A stretch of DNA of 48,404 bases from Phycisphaerae bacterium (GCA_016931655.1 JAFGEJ010000209.1:1-48404); one strand, 5' to 3'. Counted from the stretch's first letter, positions 1 to 9,625 are shown. Numbers and translations are program-made. Notes: generated from the sequence alone by a model not told the origin.

Positions 1-52
1 CCGAAGTCGAAGGACCTGATGATTTTGAAGGCTTGAGGTCCTTCGACTTCGG
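1..52. repeat. Perfect 16-nt inverted repeat hairpin (ccgaagtcgaaggacc / ggtccttcgacttcgg) with a 20-nt loop, downstream of the minus-strand polyferredoxin gene
   Basis: Positions 1-16 and 37-52 are exact reverse complements. The arms are built from CGAAG words, like other intergenic hairpins in this window. Confidence 0.7.
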
Positions 53-128
53 GGCTCGCGTTGCTCGCCCCTTCGCTCAGGATGACAATCTGTGAGTGTG
101 ACCACCGGAAAAAACCTCGCACACTCGT

Positions 129-1040
129 TCAACGCGAAGCTCTCGCGGCGAACAGGTCGGCGTATCCATCGTCGATATCCGCTTGCTCGGCCAGGCCGTG
201 AAGGCGGATGGCCTTGCCTTCCCGAATGGCCGGGCAGACGTGAAAGCAGAAGCCGCAGCCGCGACAGCGGTCCGCCCGAATGATCGGGCGAGGAAGGCCT
301 TGAGCGTCTTCGTCCGTTTCAATGGCGTGATAGGGGCAGAATTCCTGGCAGACCATGCAGTATTGACCGTCGGACCAGGCCAGGCAGGCGCTGCGGATCA
401 CCTCGGCGGTGGCGATTTTCCGCTGGCGCTTCTGAGGCAGCGAAAGCGGGCGAATCGCCCCGGTCGGACAGACGTTCGAGCAGTTGGTACAAGTTTCGGT
501 GCAATATCCCTCCGCCGCGGCGGCGGTGGCAGAGCAGACCACCTCCGGCTGAAACCACTGCGCCGGCGATCGGCCGGCCAGGCCGATCGGACGAAGGACG
601 CGCGTGGGACAAACCTGAACGCAGGCATAGCAACGGATACACGCGGCGGCGAAAGTTTCGGCGTCCTTCGCGCCGGGCGGTAAGATTGGCACATCGGCCT
701 GTTGTGATCGAGAGCGAATCCACCACCGCCCCAGCAGCCCGACGGGGATTCCCACCGCCAGACCCGCCAGCAGATGACGCCGCGTCCGAAGAAACACCGC
801 GCGGGGTTTCTCCCGGCGCAGGCGTCCCAGAAGCTCCAGGCCGTAGCCCAGCGGGCATATACGGCTGCACCAGACCACCGGCGCAACGGCGCACAACACG
901 AGAATCGCGGGCAAAAGCAGCCCCGGTACGAGCGACAGCCCGAAGTACAATCCCCTGGCCGCGGCTGCGGCGCGCTGAAACGTCGCCAAAGGATCGAGCA
1001 TCAGCAACAGCGGCAGGCCCGCCAGCGAGGAGACGATCAC
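129..1040 (-). CDS. 4Fe-4S polyferredoxin, NapH/MauN-like membrane protein (major, C-terminal part)
   Basis: Contains a hydrophobic N-terminal region with a CSRICPLG motif. Three to four ferredoxin cysteine clusters follow (CIRCYACVQVCP, CTNCSNVCP, CMVCQEFCP, CRGCGFCFHVCP). The same frame stays open upstream to a stop at 1182-1184 and reads like a TM helix (PWRINAYLFWIVIV). Confidence 0.65.
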   Translation of the reverse strand: MIVSSLAGLPLLLMLDPLATFQRAAAAARGLYFGLSLVPGLLLPAILVLCAVAPVVWCSRICPLGYGLELLGRLRREKPRAVFLRTRRHLLAGLAVGIPVGLLGRWWIRSRSQQADVPILPPGAKDAETFAAACIRCYACVQVCPTRVLRPIGLAGRSPAQWFQPEVVCSATAAAAEGYCTETCTNCSNVCPTGAIRPLSLPQKRQRKIATAEVIRSACLAWSDGQYCMVCQEFCPYHAIETDEDAQGLPRPIIRADRCRGCGFCFHVCPAIREGKAIRLHGLAEQADIDDGYADLFAARASR

Positions 1041-1383
1041 GATCCAGAACAGATACGCGTTGATCCGCCACGGAAGATGGGCCTTGCTCGGACTGAAACG
1101 CGAGGAAAGCGGAAACCAGCGTCCCGACGGGGCAAACCCATCGGCAGAACGCCCTGCCCCGCCAAAACGCCGCCACCAACATCAGCGTCGGCCCGATCAG
1201 CCAGTAGACGCCCAGATACCATCCCCGATTCGCCAACGTCGTCGAAAACACCGCCAGCGGACTGAGCGAGGGAATCAGTTTCGCCAGCCAGACCGGCCCC
1301 GCGCCGCCGGCGGCCAGCGCCCCCGCCACAGCCAGCAACGCCAGGCGAACCGCCCACCGGATTATCGCGGCGCGCCGTTTCAC
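1041..1383 (-). pseudogene. N-terminal segment of the same NapH-like polyferredoxin in a different frame (apparent frameshift or indel error near 1090-1110)
   Basis: The frame starting at 1383 gives a signal/TM region plus CRWVCPVGT, the first NapH-type CxxCP motif. It then degenerates into Arg/Gly/Ala-rich shadow sequence with no stop until 319. Switching frame after ...SAFLAFQ joins smoothly to SPSKAHLPWRINAYLFW in the 129..1040 frame. Confidence 0.5.
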
Positions 1384-2336
1384 TCCACCTCGATTTTCTT
1401 CACGGACATTTTCTCCACGTCCGTTTCGCCCAGGCCCATTCGCCCGGCGATCACCAGATATCTCACGTCCCCCGGCCCGCGCGGGGACAGCAGCGTGGAG
1501 GCGTACGCGTCGGCGGCGACCGGGTCCCGCGAGAGGATCAGCAGGTCGGGGATCTTCATGTTACGCGTCGGTCCGCGGGGCCCCCAGTCCAGCATGACGC
1601 GCGTGGCGTCCAGGATGGTCCATCGCGGCTGCACAAGCGTGCTGAAGTCCGCGATGCACTGGTGCAACTGGTTTCGATGCCACGCGCCGCGGTCGTGCAC
1701 CGAGCCCATCCAGTTCTTCATCGCCGCCGTCATGCGGGCCGCTCCGTGATGCTTCACAACCGGCAGGTTCACCAGCGCGTCGGTTTCCAGTACCTCGCGG
1801 GCGACGTCGGCCCGCCGGAGATTTTTTCCCCTGGGAATGTTCCGGGGAATGAACGCGTTTTTTTCCTTCCGCAGGTCGAGCATTCGCGCGTGGTTTTCCC
1901 TGGCGACGGCCTGCAGGCCGCTTTGCGTGAAGCTCTCCTCGGACCGGTCGCAGGGGTGCTCCGGCAGGACCAAGTCCCGAACGCCCCGCTTGCGACAGCC
2001 CTTCAGGAAGGCGTCCACCAGTTCGGGGTGCGTGTTGGCGCCCTGGCGCGGCGTGCGTGCCCAGGCGGCGTTGACTTTCAGCGTGAGTTTTCTGACGTTC
2101 CTCCCCAGACCGCCGTTTTGGTCGATCACGTTCAGGCAGGCGTTCATCAGGCGGGTCTTGTCCGGGCCGTGAAACACCCAGATTTTGGCGGCGGCGTTTG
2201 CGGCGTCGCCCCAGAGCAGTCGCCCCGGCAGCAGGGCCGCCAGCGCACCGGCAGCGCCAGCCCGCAAAAGCTCACGACGCGACATCCAGCCGAATTCATC
2301 CATCATCATCCTCCCGCCCATAGACCTACTGCGCAC
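1380..2336 (-). CDS. DUF362 domain protein with twin-arginine (Tat) signal
   Basis: The N-terminus reads SRRELLRAGAAGALAAL, which is Tat-like, and the body is DUF362-like. The stop overlaps the start of the downstream polyferredoxin at 1380-1383. The exact start among the N-terminal Met codons is uncertain. Confidence 0.65.
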   Translation of the reverse strand: MRSRSMGGRMMMDEFGWMSRRELLRAGAAGALAALLPGRLLWGDAANAAAKIWVFHGPDKTRLMNACLNVIDQNGGLGRNVRKLTLKVNAAWARTPRQGANTHPELVDAFLKGCRKRGVRDLVLPEHPCDRSEESFTQSGLQAVARENHARMLDLRKEKNAFIPRNIPRGKNLRRADVAREVLETDALVNLPVVKHHGAARMTAAMKNWMGSVHDRGAWHRNQLHQCIADFSTLVQPRWTILDATRVMLDWGPRGPTRNMKIPDLLILSRDPVAADAYASTLLSPRGPGDVRYLVIAGRMGLGETDVEKMSVKKIEVE

Positions 2337-2375
2337 CGCCGACCGCGGGACGCGCCGTCAAACCATTATAGGCTC

Positions 2376-3128
2376 TTACTCACCGGAAGCTTCGGCGATA
2401 AGTTCATCGGGCAGGTCAAGGTTGGTGTAAACGTTCTGAACGTCGTCGTGGTCCTCGATGCTTTCCATCAGTTGCAGGGCCTTGCGGGCCTGGTCCGTAT
2501 CGAGCGTGATCGTCGTCTTGGCGATCATGGCGACTTCGGCGGAGGTCGGTTCGATTCCCTTATTTTTCAGGGCGTCCCGAACGTCCGAAAAGGCGCTGGG
2601 TTCGCAGGTGACCTCGAAGCATTCGCCCTGGGCGACCACGTCGTCGGCGCCGGCCTCCAGGGCGAGTTCCATCAGCGCGTCTTCTTCCATCTTGTCAGCC
2701 GGGATGACAAACGTGCCCTTCTGGTCGAACAGGTACGCCACGCAGTTCGTCGCGCCGAGCTGCCCGCCGCCGCGCTCAAAAAGCTTGCGCATTTCCGGGG
2801 CGGTGCGGCTGCGATTGTCCGTCAGGCAACTGACCAGAAACGCCACGCCCCCCGGTCCGTAGCCTTCATAGACCATCGACTCATACGTCACGCCCTCCAC
2901 CTCGCCCGTGCCTTTTTTAATCGCGTTGGCGATGGTGTCCTTGGGCATGTTGGCGGCTTTGGCTTCGTCGATGGCGTAGCGCAGGGTCAGATTGCCCGCC
3001 GGGTCGCCCCCGCCGGCGCGGGCGGCGACAATAATCTGCCGCGCGATCTTCGACCAGATCTTTCCGCGTTTTTCATCCTGCCGCCCCTTGCGATGCTTGA
3101 TATTCGCCCATTTACTGTGTCCGGCCAT
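2376..3128 (-). CDS. yebC: YebC/PmpR family DNA-binding transcriptional regulator
   Basis: The N-terminus MAGHSKWANIKHRKGRQDEKRGKIWSK is the family hallmark. The 250-aa length fits. Confidence 0.95.
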   Translation of the reverse strand: MAGHSKWANIKHRKGRQDEKRGKIWSKIARQIIVAARAGGGDPAGNLTLRYAIDEAKAANMPKDTIANAIKKGTGEVEGVTYESMVYEGYGPGGVAFLVSCLTDNRSRTAPEMRKLFERGGGQLGATNCVAYLFDQKGTFVIPADKMEEDALMELALEAGADDVVAQGECFEVTCEPSAFSDVRDALKNKGIEPTSAEVAMIAKTTITLDTDQARKALQLMESIEDHDDVQNVYTNLDLPDELIAEASGE

Positions 3129-3256
3129 GCCTGCATGTACTCCGTCTGCGTGGTTTATTGCATTTTGTGAAAATTCTGTCGTATGGGAATAACCTGTTTC
3201 GCCCTGAAGACAGAGGCAAAACAGGGATTTTCACGACATTCTTTCCAAAAAATGCT

Positions 3257-6200
3257 CTATTCTTCCATCGCCGGCTGACTTGTTGTGGCCGGCATAACGA
3301 CGCGGTTCTGTTTGTATTCCTGAAGGGTTTTCTCAATGGAAGATTCGACCTCTTTCCCCAGCGGCGCGACGGGCGGAAGCGTTTCGTCCCGGACGGCCTG
3401 GAGTTTTTTCGGGGTGTTATCGAGAATCCGCTGAATTTCGCGGCTGGCGACGGGTTCGTCCCTCGCGCCTCGCAGGGCCCGCGTCCAGTAATGCACCGCC
3501 CGGTCCACCCATCCAAGGCGATAAAACACGTCCCCGGCGTGATCCCAGATCACCGTATGAACGTCGTCCTCGTCATCGTCCTCCGGCAGAATGGACGCGA
3601 ACACCTCCGCCGACTCACCGAGCCGGCCCTGCTTGTAGTACACCCACGCGAGCGTGTCGGCCGTCGTCGAATGGGGTCCGTCACTCCGCAGAGCGGTCTG
3701 GATGAGTTGCTCCGCTCGCGTGAGTTGCTTGCCGCCTTCGGCGAGAATGTACGCGAGATTGTTCTGATAGGAAGGATCCTTCGGCTGCAGCGCGTAAGCC
3801 CGCTGGAGTTCGCGGACGGCCTGGGCGTCTTTGCCCCGCTCACTCAGAAGACTGGAATGGAGATTGTGCAGCGCGGCGTTATTGGGATCATTGGCCAGAT
3901 ACGTATCAAGACGCGAGGCGGCTTCATCCAGAAGGCCGGCCGAGAGAAGCATTCGAACGGCGGCCTCCTGCCATTTCGCCCGTTGCGCCACGGCATCGGA
4001 AGGGCGGGGCTGGGCCTGCTCGATTTCATCCATCCAGCCGTCGATCATTTCGACGGCCCGTGTGTAACGATGATCGCGCGCCAGGGCGTACAACAACATA
4101 TCCCGCAGGCGCGATTTCTTCGCGGCGTCGGATTCCTTCGCATGGGCCTTGTCCAGAATGGATATTAACCGGTCATATTGCTTTTTGAGATGTTCCGGCA
4201 GGTAGGATTGCGTGGAGGGGGTTCCGTTTGGGGCGTTCGTAACCACGGCAAAGCGAGTAGATCGCATCGCCCGGATCAGTTCGTCCACCAGTACGGAGTA
4301 GTAGAGGGGGTCGCGGTTTTTTTCCGCCAGGGCGACGGCCTGGTCGTATCGGCCCGCACGGCAGAGAAACGCGAGGGTTCGCGAAATGCGAACTTCCTTC
4401 GGCAACAGGTCCGGGGAGTCGGTTTTCAGTTCACCCAGGAGTTGCAGGGCGTCGTCATGGCGGGTGGTTTCCTGGTAAAGGTCCAGCAGGAGCATGACCC
4501 AGGTGGTGTTGGATTTGTCCTGATCCCACCAGGTGCGGATGAGCCGGGTCGCCTCGTCCGCCCGGCCTGCTTTTACCAGGGCGTCGGCTTCCAGCAGCCG
4601 CAGGGTCAGGTCCTTCGGCAGGGTTTCGCGCAGCCGGCGAATGGATTGAAGGGCTTTTTCGTATTGCCCCGCCCGCAGGCGCATCATGGCCAGCGTTTCC
4701 GCGGCGGCTGTGTCATCCGGGTTGTGCCGAACGATTTGGGCCCAGATTTCGGCGGCCTGGTCGTAGTGTCCGGGGACGGCCTGGGAGAGCAACTGCGCCA
4801 GAAATCGCCGCGTCCTGTCGTGATCGGGATGTTTGCGTAGCAGCTCCCGCAGGCGATCCACGGATTGATCGTACACCGGTCGGGGAAGGACGCCGGGAAA
4901 TCGCTTGAGGATGGCCTGGACGGCCAGGAGCTGAATCATCGGATGATCGGGAAATTTTTTCACCAGCAGTTGCAGTACGACGCGGGCCTGGTCGGTTCGC
5001 CCGGCGTGCAGAAACGCCTCGGCCTGCATCAAGGCCCCGTCCGGGCGTTCCGGCCGACGTCGCATCAGGGCGTCGGCTACCTCCAGCGCCTTGGCATGAT
5101 CGTTCTGCTCCAGATACAGATCAAACAGCGTGCGATAGATGTCCGTCGCGTCCGGCGTGAGGCGAATCGCCTTTTGCAGAACGCTCTGGGCGCGCGTCTG
5201 GAACATTCTCCGCACGTCGGCATCGCGCGACCGCTCCGCCTGGGCGAGATACGCCTTCCCCAGGGTCAAAAGCGTGGGCACGTGCGTGGAATTTTTTTCC
5301 CGGGCCGCCTCCAGGGCGTCGATGGCCTGGTCGGGTTTGCCCTCGCTCAGCCGCGCCCGACCCAGGAGGTAGTTGTAGTAATACTCCTCCTTGGCAACTT
5401 CTTTGCACAAATCCAGCAGCACCCGAAGGGCCTCGGCGTCCTTCGCGCGAAGATGCAGATCCAGCAGGGCGTCGTAGGCGGGATAAAAATTCTTTTTTTC
5501 CCGGATGGCGCGCTGGAAGTGGTCGGCCGCCTTGAGCGGCTTGTTTTCCTGCAGCGCCAGAAGCCCGGCGACGTAGTGCAGGGCGAATTTGGCGTCGCCG
5601 GCGTCCTGGTACGTCTGCTCGCTGAAGGTTTCCAGCAGGGTCGGATCGGTATTGCCCGCGGCGACGGTTTTCACGCCGACCGCCACCGCGTCGGGACTTT
5701 GCGGATTGGCCCGGATCAGGCGCGCCAAAAGATGCAGCGCCTTGTTCCGGTCGCCGGTTTCCACGGACAACTCCGCGAGCAATTGCACACCTTCGACGTG
5801 ATCGGGAACCTCCTTCAGCAGGTCGTCCAGAATGGCGACGGCCTGTTTCGTTGCGCCGCGTTTCCGGGCCGAACCGGCCAGGCTGATCGCCAGCGGCGCG
5901 GAGACTTTTTCATCACGCCGCAAGGCCCGCCAGACGCGAAGGGGCATGGTCTTGTCGTCGGAGGCGTCGCAGAGATTCTTCGCCAGCGTCGGGGCAAGAC
6001 CCTGCAGCGAACCACTACCGGCGAGTTCCACGAGCATCGTCTCGGCCTGGTTGTATTGCCTGGCCCCCACCAGGGCCTCGAACAGCCAGTTCGCCGTCTG
6101 GGCGTCGGCGCGGTTGCGGTGGTAGGCGTTGGTCAGAAGTCGAATTGCCTCCTCGTGGCGAAGGAGCATCGCCAGCAGCCGGCCTCGCATGGCTTTAAGT

Positions 6201-6910
6201 TTTTCCGGGCGAAACAGCAGGCTTTCCAGCAGGGGATTGGATTCATACGCCCGGGCGTGCTGACGCAGGTAGGAATCAAGGGTAGTCAGACATTCCAGGG
6301 CCGCCGTCCAATATCCTTCTTCTTCCAGCAGCCGGCTGAGCGTCAGCAGGGCGTAGGCGGTCTGTGGATTGGAGGGTTTGGCGTTGCTGCACTTCAGCGC
6401 AGTGCGAAAGTGCAGAATGGCTTCGTTGCGCTGGCGGAGGTTTCGGTACAGTTGTCCCAGGAGGATTTGCATCTGTACGTCGTCGGCGAGGTATTCGCAG
6501 GCGGCCTGGAGGTTTTTCAGCGCCTCGCCGTAATTCGGCAGGGACAGTTGCGCCATGCCCAGCAATTGACGGATATGAGGATTGTCGGGGTCGAAATCCC
6601 TCGCCCGCTGGAGTTTTTCCACGGCGGCGGCGAAGTTTTTTTTCTTCTGGAGTTCGCGTGCCTGGTGCATGGCCTTGGCGGCGCCGGCGGGCAGGCGGCG
6701 GGGATAGGGTTTGGAGATCGGCCTGGCGATGGGCGGGGAAAGATCGTCCAGTTTTACCGTTGCCCGCCGCGGCAAGACCGGCGCCGTGGTCGGCTGGGCT
6801 TCGGAGGGGTGCTTCGGCGCCTCGGGCGCCGGCTGACAGGCGGGAATCGCCAGCACCGGTAAAATCGCCGCCAAACGCAGCAGGCCCGAAATCGCGCGGC
6901 ACAACTTCAC
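3257..6910 (-). CDS. Large secreted tetratricopeptide (TPR) repeat protein
   Basis: 1217 aa with an N-terminal signal peptide (LRLAAILPVLAIPAC). Repeated A/L/Y-rich TPR-type helices run throughout. The GTG start overlaps the hisG stop (GTGA at 6907-6910). Confidence 0.85.
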   Translation of the reverse strand: MKLCRAISGLLRLAAILPVLAIPACQPAPEAPKHPSEAQPTTAPVLPRRATVKLDDLSPPIARPISKPYPRRLPAGAAKAMHQARELQKKKNFAAAVEKLQRARDFDPDNPHIRQLLGMAQLSLPNYGEALKNLQAACEYLADDVQMQILLGQLYRNLRQRNEAILHFRTALKCSNAKPSNPQTAYALLTLSRLLEEEGYWTAALECLTTLDSYLRQHARAYESNPLLESLLFRPEKLKAMRGRLLAMLLRHEEAIRLLTNAYHRNRADAQTANWLFEALVGARQYNQAETMLVELAGSGSLQGLAPTLAKNLCDASDDKTMPLRVWRALRRDEKVSAPLAISLAGSARKRGATKQAVAILDDLLKEVPDHVEGVQLLAELSVETGDRNKALHLLARLIRANPQSPDAVAVGVKTVAAGNTDPTLLETFSEQTYQDAGDAKFALHYVAGLLALQENKPLKAADHFQRAIREKKNFYPAYDALLDLHLRAKDAEALRVLLDLCKEVAKEEYYYNYLLGRARLSEGKPDQAIDALEAAREKNSTHVPTLLTLGKAYLAQAERSRDADVRRMFQTRAQSVLQKAIRLTPDATDIYRTLFDLYLEQNDHAKALEVADALMRRRPERPDGALMQAEAFLHAGRTDQARVVLQLLVKKFPDHPMIQLLAVQAILKRFPGVLPRPVYDQSVDRLRELLRKHPDHDRTRRFLAQLLSQAVPGHYDQAAEIWAQIVRHNPDDTAAAETLAMMRLRAGQYEKALQSIRRLRETLPKDLTLRLLEADALVKAGRADEATRLIRTWWDQDKSNTTWVMLLLDLYQETTRHDDALQLLGELKTDSPDLLPKEVRISRTLAFLCRAGRYDQAVALAEKNRDPLYYSVLVDELIRAMRSTRFAVVTNAPNGTPSTQSYLPEHLKKQYDRLISILDKAHAKESDAAKKSRLRDMLLYALARDHRYTRAVEMIDGWMDEIEQAQPRPSDAVAQRAKWQEAAVRMLLSAGLLDEAASRLDTYLANDPNNAALHNLHSSLLSERGKDAQAVRELQRAYALQPKDPSYQNNLAYILAEGGKQLTRAEQLIQTALRSDGPHSTTADTLAWVYYKQGRLGESAEVFASILPEDDDEDDVHTVIWDHAGDVFYRLGWVDRAVHYWTRALRGARDEPVASREIQRILDNTPKKLQAVRDETLPPVAPLGKEVESSIEKTLQEYKQNRVVMPATTSQPAMEE

Positions 6911-7806
6911 GGAATCACCTTGTTCAGTGGATACGTGAAGATCCCCGACGCCCCGGCCCGCTTGAGATCAGGAATCAGGTCGCGCTCGACGGTTTCCTCG
7001 ACGATGATCTCCAGCGCCACCCAGGCCTCGTCGGCCAGCGGGGAAAGGGTGGGGCTTTTTTCGGGCGGAAGCCTGTCCATGATGAGGCGTGTGACCGCTT
7101 CCAGGGCGGACCGCGGGACGTTCATCTTCATCCCCACCTTCCGTTTGCCCGCGATCGCGCCGCGCAACAGCAGGGCAATGTTCTCGATCTTCCGGCGCTT
7201 CCACTCGATGGCCATCGCCTGCTTGTTGGCAATCAGGCGGGGCGTGCTGGTCAGCAGTGTGTCGATCACGCGAAGCTTGTTGGCCTTTAAGCTGCTACCG
7301 GTTTCCGTCACGTCCACGATGCCGTCCAGCATACGGGCCTTGACTTCCGTGGCGCCCCAGCTGAACTCGACCTTCACGTTGAGCCCCTTGTCCCGGAAGT
7401 ACCGCGTGGTCACACCGACGAGTTCCGTCGCCACGACGCCGCCGTCGAGGTCCTCGGGGGTCTGAACGGGGCTTTCCTCCGGGACGGCCAGTATCCACCG
7501 CGCCGGACGGGCGGTGGCTTTGGAGTACACCAGTTCGCAGACCTCGTGCACGTCGGATTCATTTTCGCAGATCCAGTCGTACCCCGTCAGGCCCACGTCC
7601 ACGATGCCGTCCTCGACGTAGCGGCTCATCTCCTGGGCGCGGAACATCAACGGGGAAATCTGGTCGTCGTCGATGCCGGGGAAATAGCTGCGCGAGGAAA
7701 TCTGGATGTCGTATCCCGCCCGTTTAAACAGGTCCACCGTGCTGTCCTGCAGGGAGCCTTTGGGAATACCCAACACCAGTTTGTCGTCCGTAGCCTTGTG
7801 CACCAT
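6907..7806 (-). CDS. hisG: ATP phosphoribosyltransferase, long form
   Basis: Shows LVLGIPKGSL, DVGLTGYDW and TGSSLKANKL motifs. The 299-aa length includes a C-terminal regulatory domain. Confidence 0.93.
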   Translation of the reverse strand: MVHKATDDKLVLGIPKGSLQDSTVDLFKRAGYDIQISSRSYFPGIDDDQISPLMFRAQEMSRYVEDGIVDVGLTGYDWICENESDVHEVCELVYSKATARPARWILAVPEESPVQTPEDLDGGVVATELVGVTTRYFRDKGLNVKVEFSWGATEVKARMLDGIVDVTETGSSLKANKLRVIDTLLTSTPRLIANKQAMAIEWKRRKIENIALLLRGAIAGKRKVGMKMNVPRSALEAVTRLIMDRLPPEKSPTLSPLADEAWVALEIIVEETVERDLIPDLKRAGASGIFTYPLNKVIP

Positions 7807-7860
7807 GAGGGTTTATTTCCTTTCCGCCGAAATCCCTCGCCGCCCGGCGAGAGCGTATTG

Positions 7861-8868
7861 CTATTTCTTTCTGGTTTTTGGTGCGGTCTTTTTTTTCGCT
7901 GTTTTTTTCACGAATCGATTCGCGGATTTATTTACAGATTTCTTTGTGGGTTTTTTCGCCACCTTTCGGACGGTTTTCTTCGCCGTCTTTTTGGCGGGCT
8001 TTTTTGTCGCCTTTTTGGCGGCTTTTTTCGCCGCCTTTTTGGCGGCGGCGCGGGCGAGCTTTTCCGCCTCTTTTTTTGCCTTTTTCGCCTCTTTTTCCGC
8101 TTCGATTTTCGCCTTTTTGGCGGCGGCTTCGGCGGCCTGGCGGGCTTTTTCCTCCTCGGCCTTGCGCTTGGCTTCTTCTTCCGCGGCGAGGCGATCGGCG
8201 TCGGCTTTGCGTTTTTTCTCCAGGGCCTTGGCGTGTTGCGTTACATAACGTCGGAAAAATGCGTGCGCAGCCAGGCCGTCTTTCTGCGCGATGATTCGCT
8301 CCAGGAACGCCTGCGTGTCGGCAACGTCCGAGGACGCATGAACGCATTCGTTCATTTGCAGCGTTTCAAATAGCGTATCGTCCACGGGAATCGCGTGCAC
8401 GCCGAAGCACGTCATGGCGGTGAGGGCTTCGCTGAAGGGGGGCATTCCCAGTTCGCGCAAATGGCGGCGGATGTCGCGTTTGGACATATCGGCCAGGTAT
8501 TCGGCGCTGAGCTGGTTGGCGCGGTCGAACACGCCGTTGAGCACCGCCTGCAGCACCGCCGTCTTGGTCCGGGCCCTGGGATGCTCTTTCCCAAGACACT
8601 CGATCACGTCCTTTTCCGGCGCGACGCGGAGTTCGTTGTAGTCCACAAATTCCTTCTGAATGGCCGTTATTGCCTTGCCGACGTCTCCGTCGGTCGCGTC
8701 GGCCAGAAGAATGGACTCGATGATGCGCTGCAGCAGTTCCTCCGGCGTGTTTGCCGCCGGTGCGGCGGCGGTTTTCTTCGCCCCGCGGAGCAGTTTTTTG
8801 ACCTTCCGTTCGTACGTTCTGGCGTCTTTCATCCGTTCGGCATCCTGAAAATCGAGTTCACCCGTCAC
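7861..8868 (-). CDS. HhH-GPD (endonuclease III-like) fold protein with a C-terminal lysine/alanine-rich histone H1-like tail
   Basis: The N-terminal roughly 200 aa follow the Endo III pattern (NELRVAPEKDV...LGMPPFSEALTAMTCFGVHAIPVDDTLFETL). The last roughly 120 aa are AKKAAKK/KKPAKK repeats. The start overlaps the rbfA stop. Confidence 0.6.
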   Translation of the reverse strand: MTGELDFQDAERMKDARTYERKVKKLLRGAKKTAAAPAANTPEELLQRIIESILLADATDGDVGKAITAIQKEFVDYNELRVAPEKDVIECLGKEHPRARTKTAVLQAVLNGVFDRANQLSAEYLADMSKRDIRRHLRELGMPPFSEALTAMTCFGVHAIPVDDTLFETLQMNECVHASSDVADTQAFLERIIAQKDGLAAHAFFRRYVTQHAKALEKKRKADADRLAAEEEAKRKAEEEKARQAAEAAAKKAKIEAEKEAKKAKKEAEKLARAAAKKAAKKAAKKATKKPAKKTAKKTVRKVAKKPTKKSVNKSANRFVKKTAKKKTAPKTRKK

Positions 8869-9308
8869 GCTTCCGGCTCGGCCGGCGGAACGTGTCCCTC
8901 GGCCCGGGCCAGATCGTTCTGACGCAGTTCCTCGGACACTTCCGAAAGCAGGTTCAGCGTGTGCAGGGTCTTTTTGTACTGTTCGTCGATCTGAAAATCC
9001 AGCCGCGGGGTATGCCGCAGCTGAATCTGCTTCATCATTTTTTCCTGGAGATATCCCGCCGCGTGGCGCAAGGCCGCGATCACGCGGGATTCCTCGGCCT
9101 TCTCGTTGCCCGCCACCGAAATGTACACCTTCGCGGTCAGCAGGTCCTCCGGCACTTCCACGCGCGTGATCGACACCTTCGCCGGGTCCACGCGCGGATC
9201 GGACAACTTCGCCAGGAGGATCGCCCCCAGCGTGTTGCGAATCAGATGACCCACTCGCTCGGTTCTTCGTGACATCGTGTTGCGAGGCCTGGTTTGCGTT
9301 ACAGCCAT
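8865..9308 (-). CDS. rbfA: Ribosome-binding factor A
   Basis: Contains RVGHLIRNTLGAILL...DPRV..V.ITRVEVPEDL..AKVY and RHTPRLDF motifs. It sits downstream of infB. Confidence 0.9.
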   Translation of the reverse strand: MAVTQTRPRNTMSRRTERVGHLIRNTLGAILLAKLSDPRVDPAKVSITRVEVPEDLLTAKVYISVAGNEKAEESRVIAALRHAAGYLQEKMMKQIQLRHTPRLDFQIDEQYKKTLHTLNLLSEVSEELRQNDLARAEGHVPPAEPEA

Positions 9309-9586
9309 TCGATCGTATGATCGAGCAGGACCATGTCCCGGTGCGTCGCGGCCAGGTTCCAGACGGTCTGTATCACGCCGGCGACGCGATCCCGATCATT
9401 TCCCACCATCGCCACGGCCAGGGTGGCCCGGCGATGGGTTTCGTGCCCGTCCACTTCCGCCACCGATACGCGGAACCGGTGGATAAGGCGATCCTTGAAT
9501 CCTTTGACAATGCGGCGCTTGTCTTTCAGGCTCCGGGCCTGCGGCACGTGCAATTCCAGGTGCAGTAAGGCCAGAACCGTCGCCAT
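9299..9586 (-). CDS. DUF503 (YlxP-like) protein
   Basis: LELHVPQARSLKDKRRIVKGFKDRL is typical of DUF503, and the gene holds the conserved position between infB and rbfA. The start was chosen at the internal Met (MATVLALL); the ORF could extend to 9625. Confidence 0.75.
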   Translation of the reverse strand: MATVLALLHLELHVPQARSLKDKRRIVKGFKDRLIHRFRVSVAEVDGHETHRRATLAVAMVGNDRDRVAGVIQTVWNLAATHRDMVLLDHTIEWL

Positions 9587-9625
9587 GAGATTCTCGTTAT
9601 CCAATTCCTTCGTCGAATCAATCAA

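Noticed and set aside
319-1383. 354-aa ORF taken at face value as one protein
   Set aside because: Only the first 100 or so codons look protein-like. The remainder is shadow sequence overlapping the ferredoxin frame. I interpret it as an N-terminal fragment plus a frameshift.
2541-2570. GGTTCGATTCC string resembling a tRNA T-loop
   Set aside because: The flanking bases (GTCGG / CCCTT) cannot form a T-stem, no cloverleaf is possible, and it lies inside yebC coding sequence.
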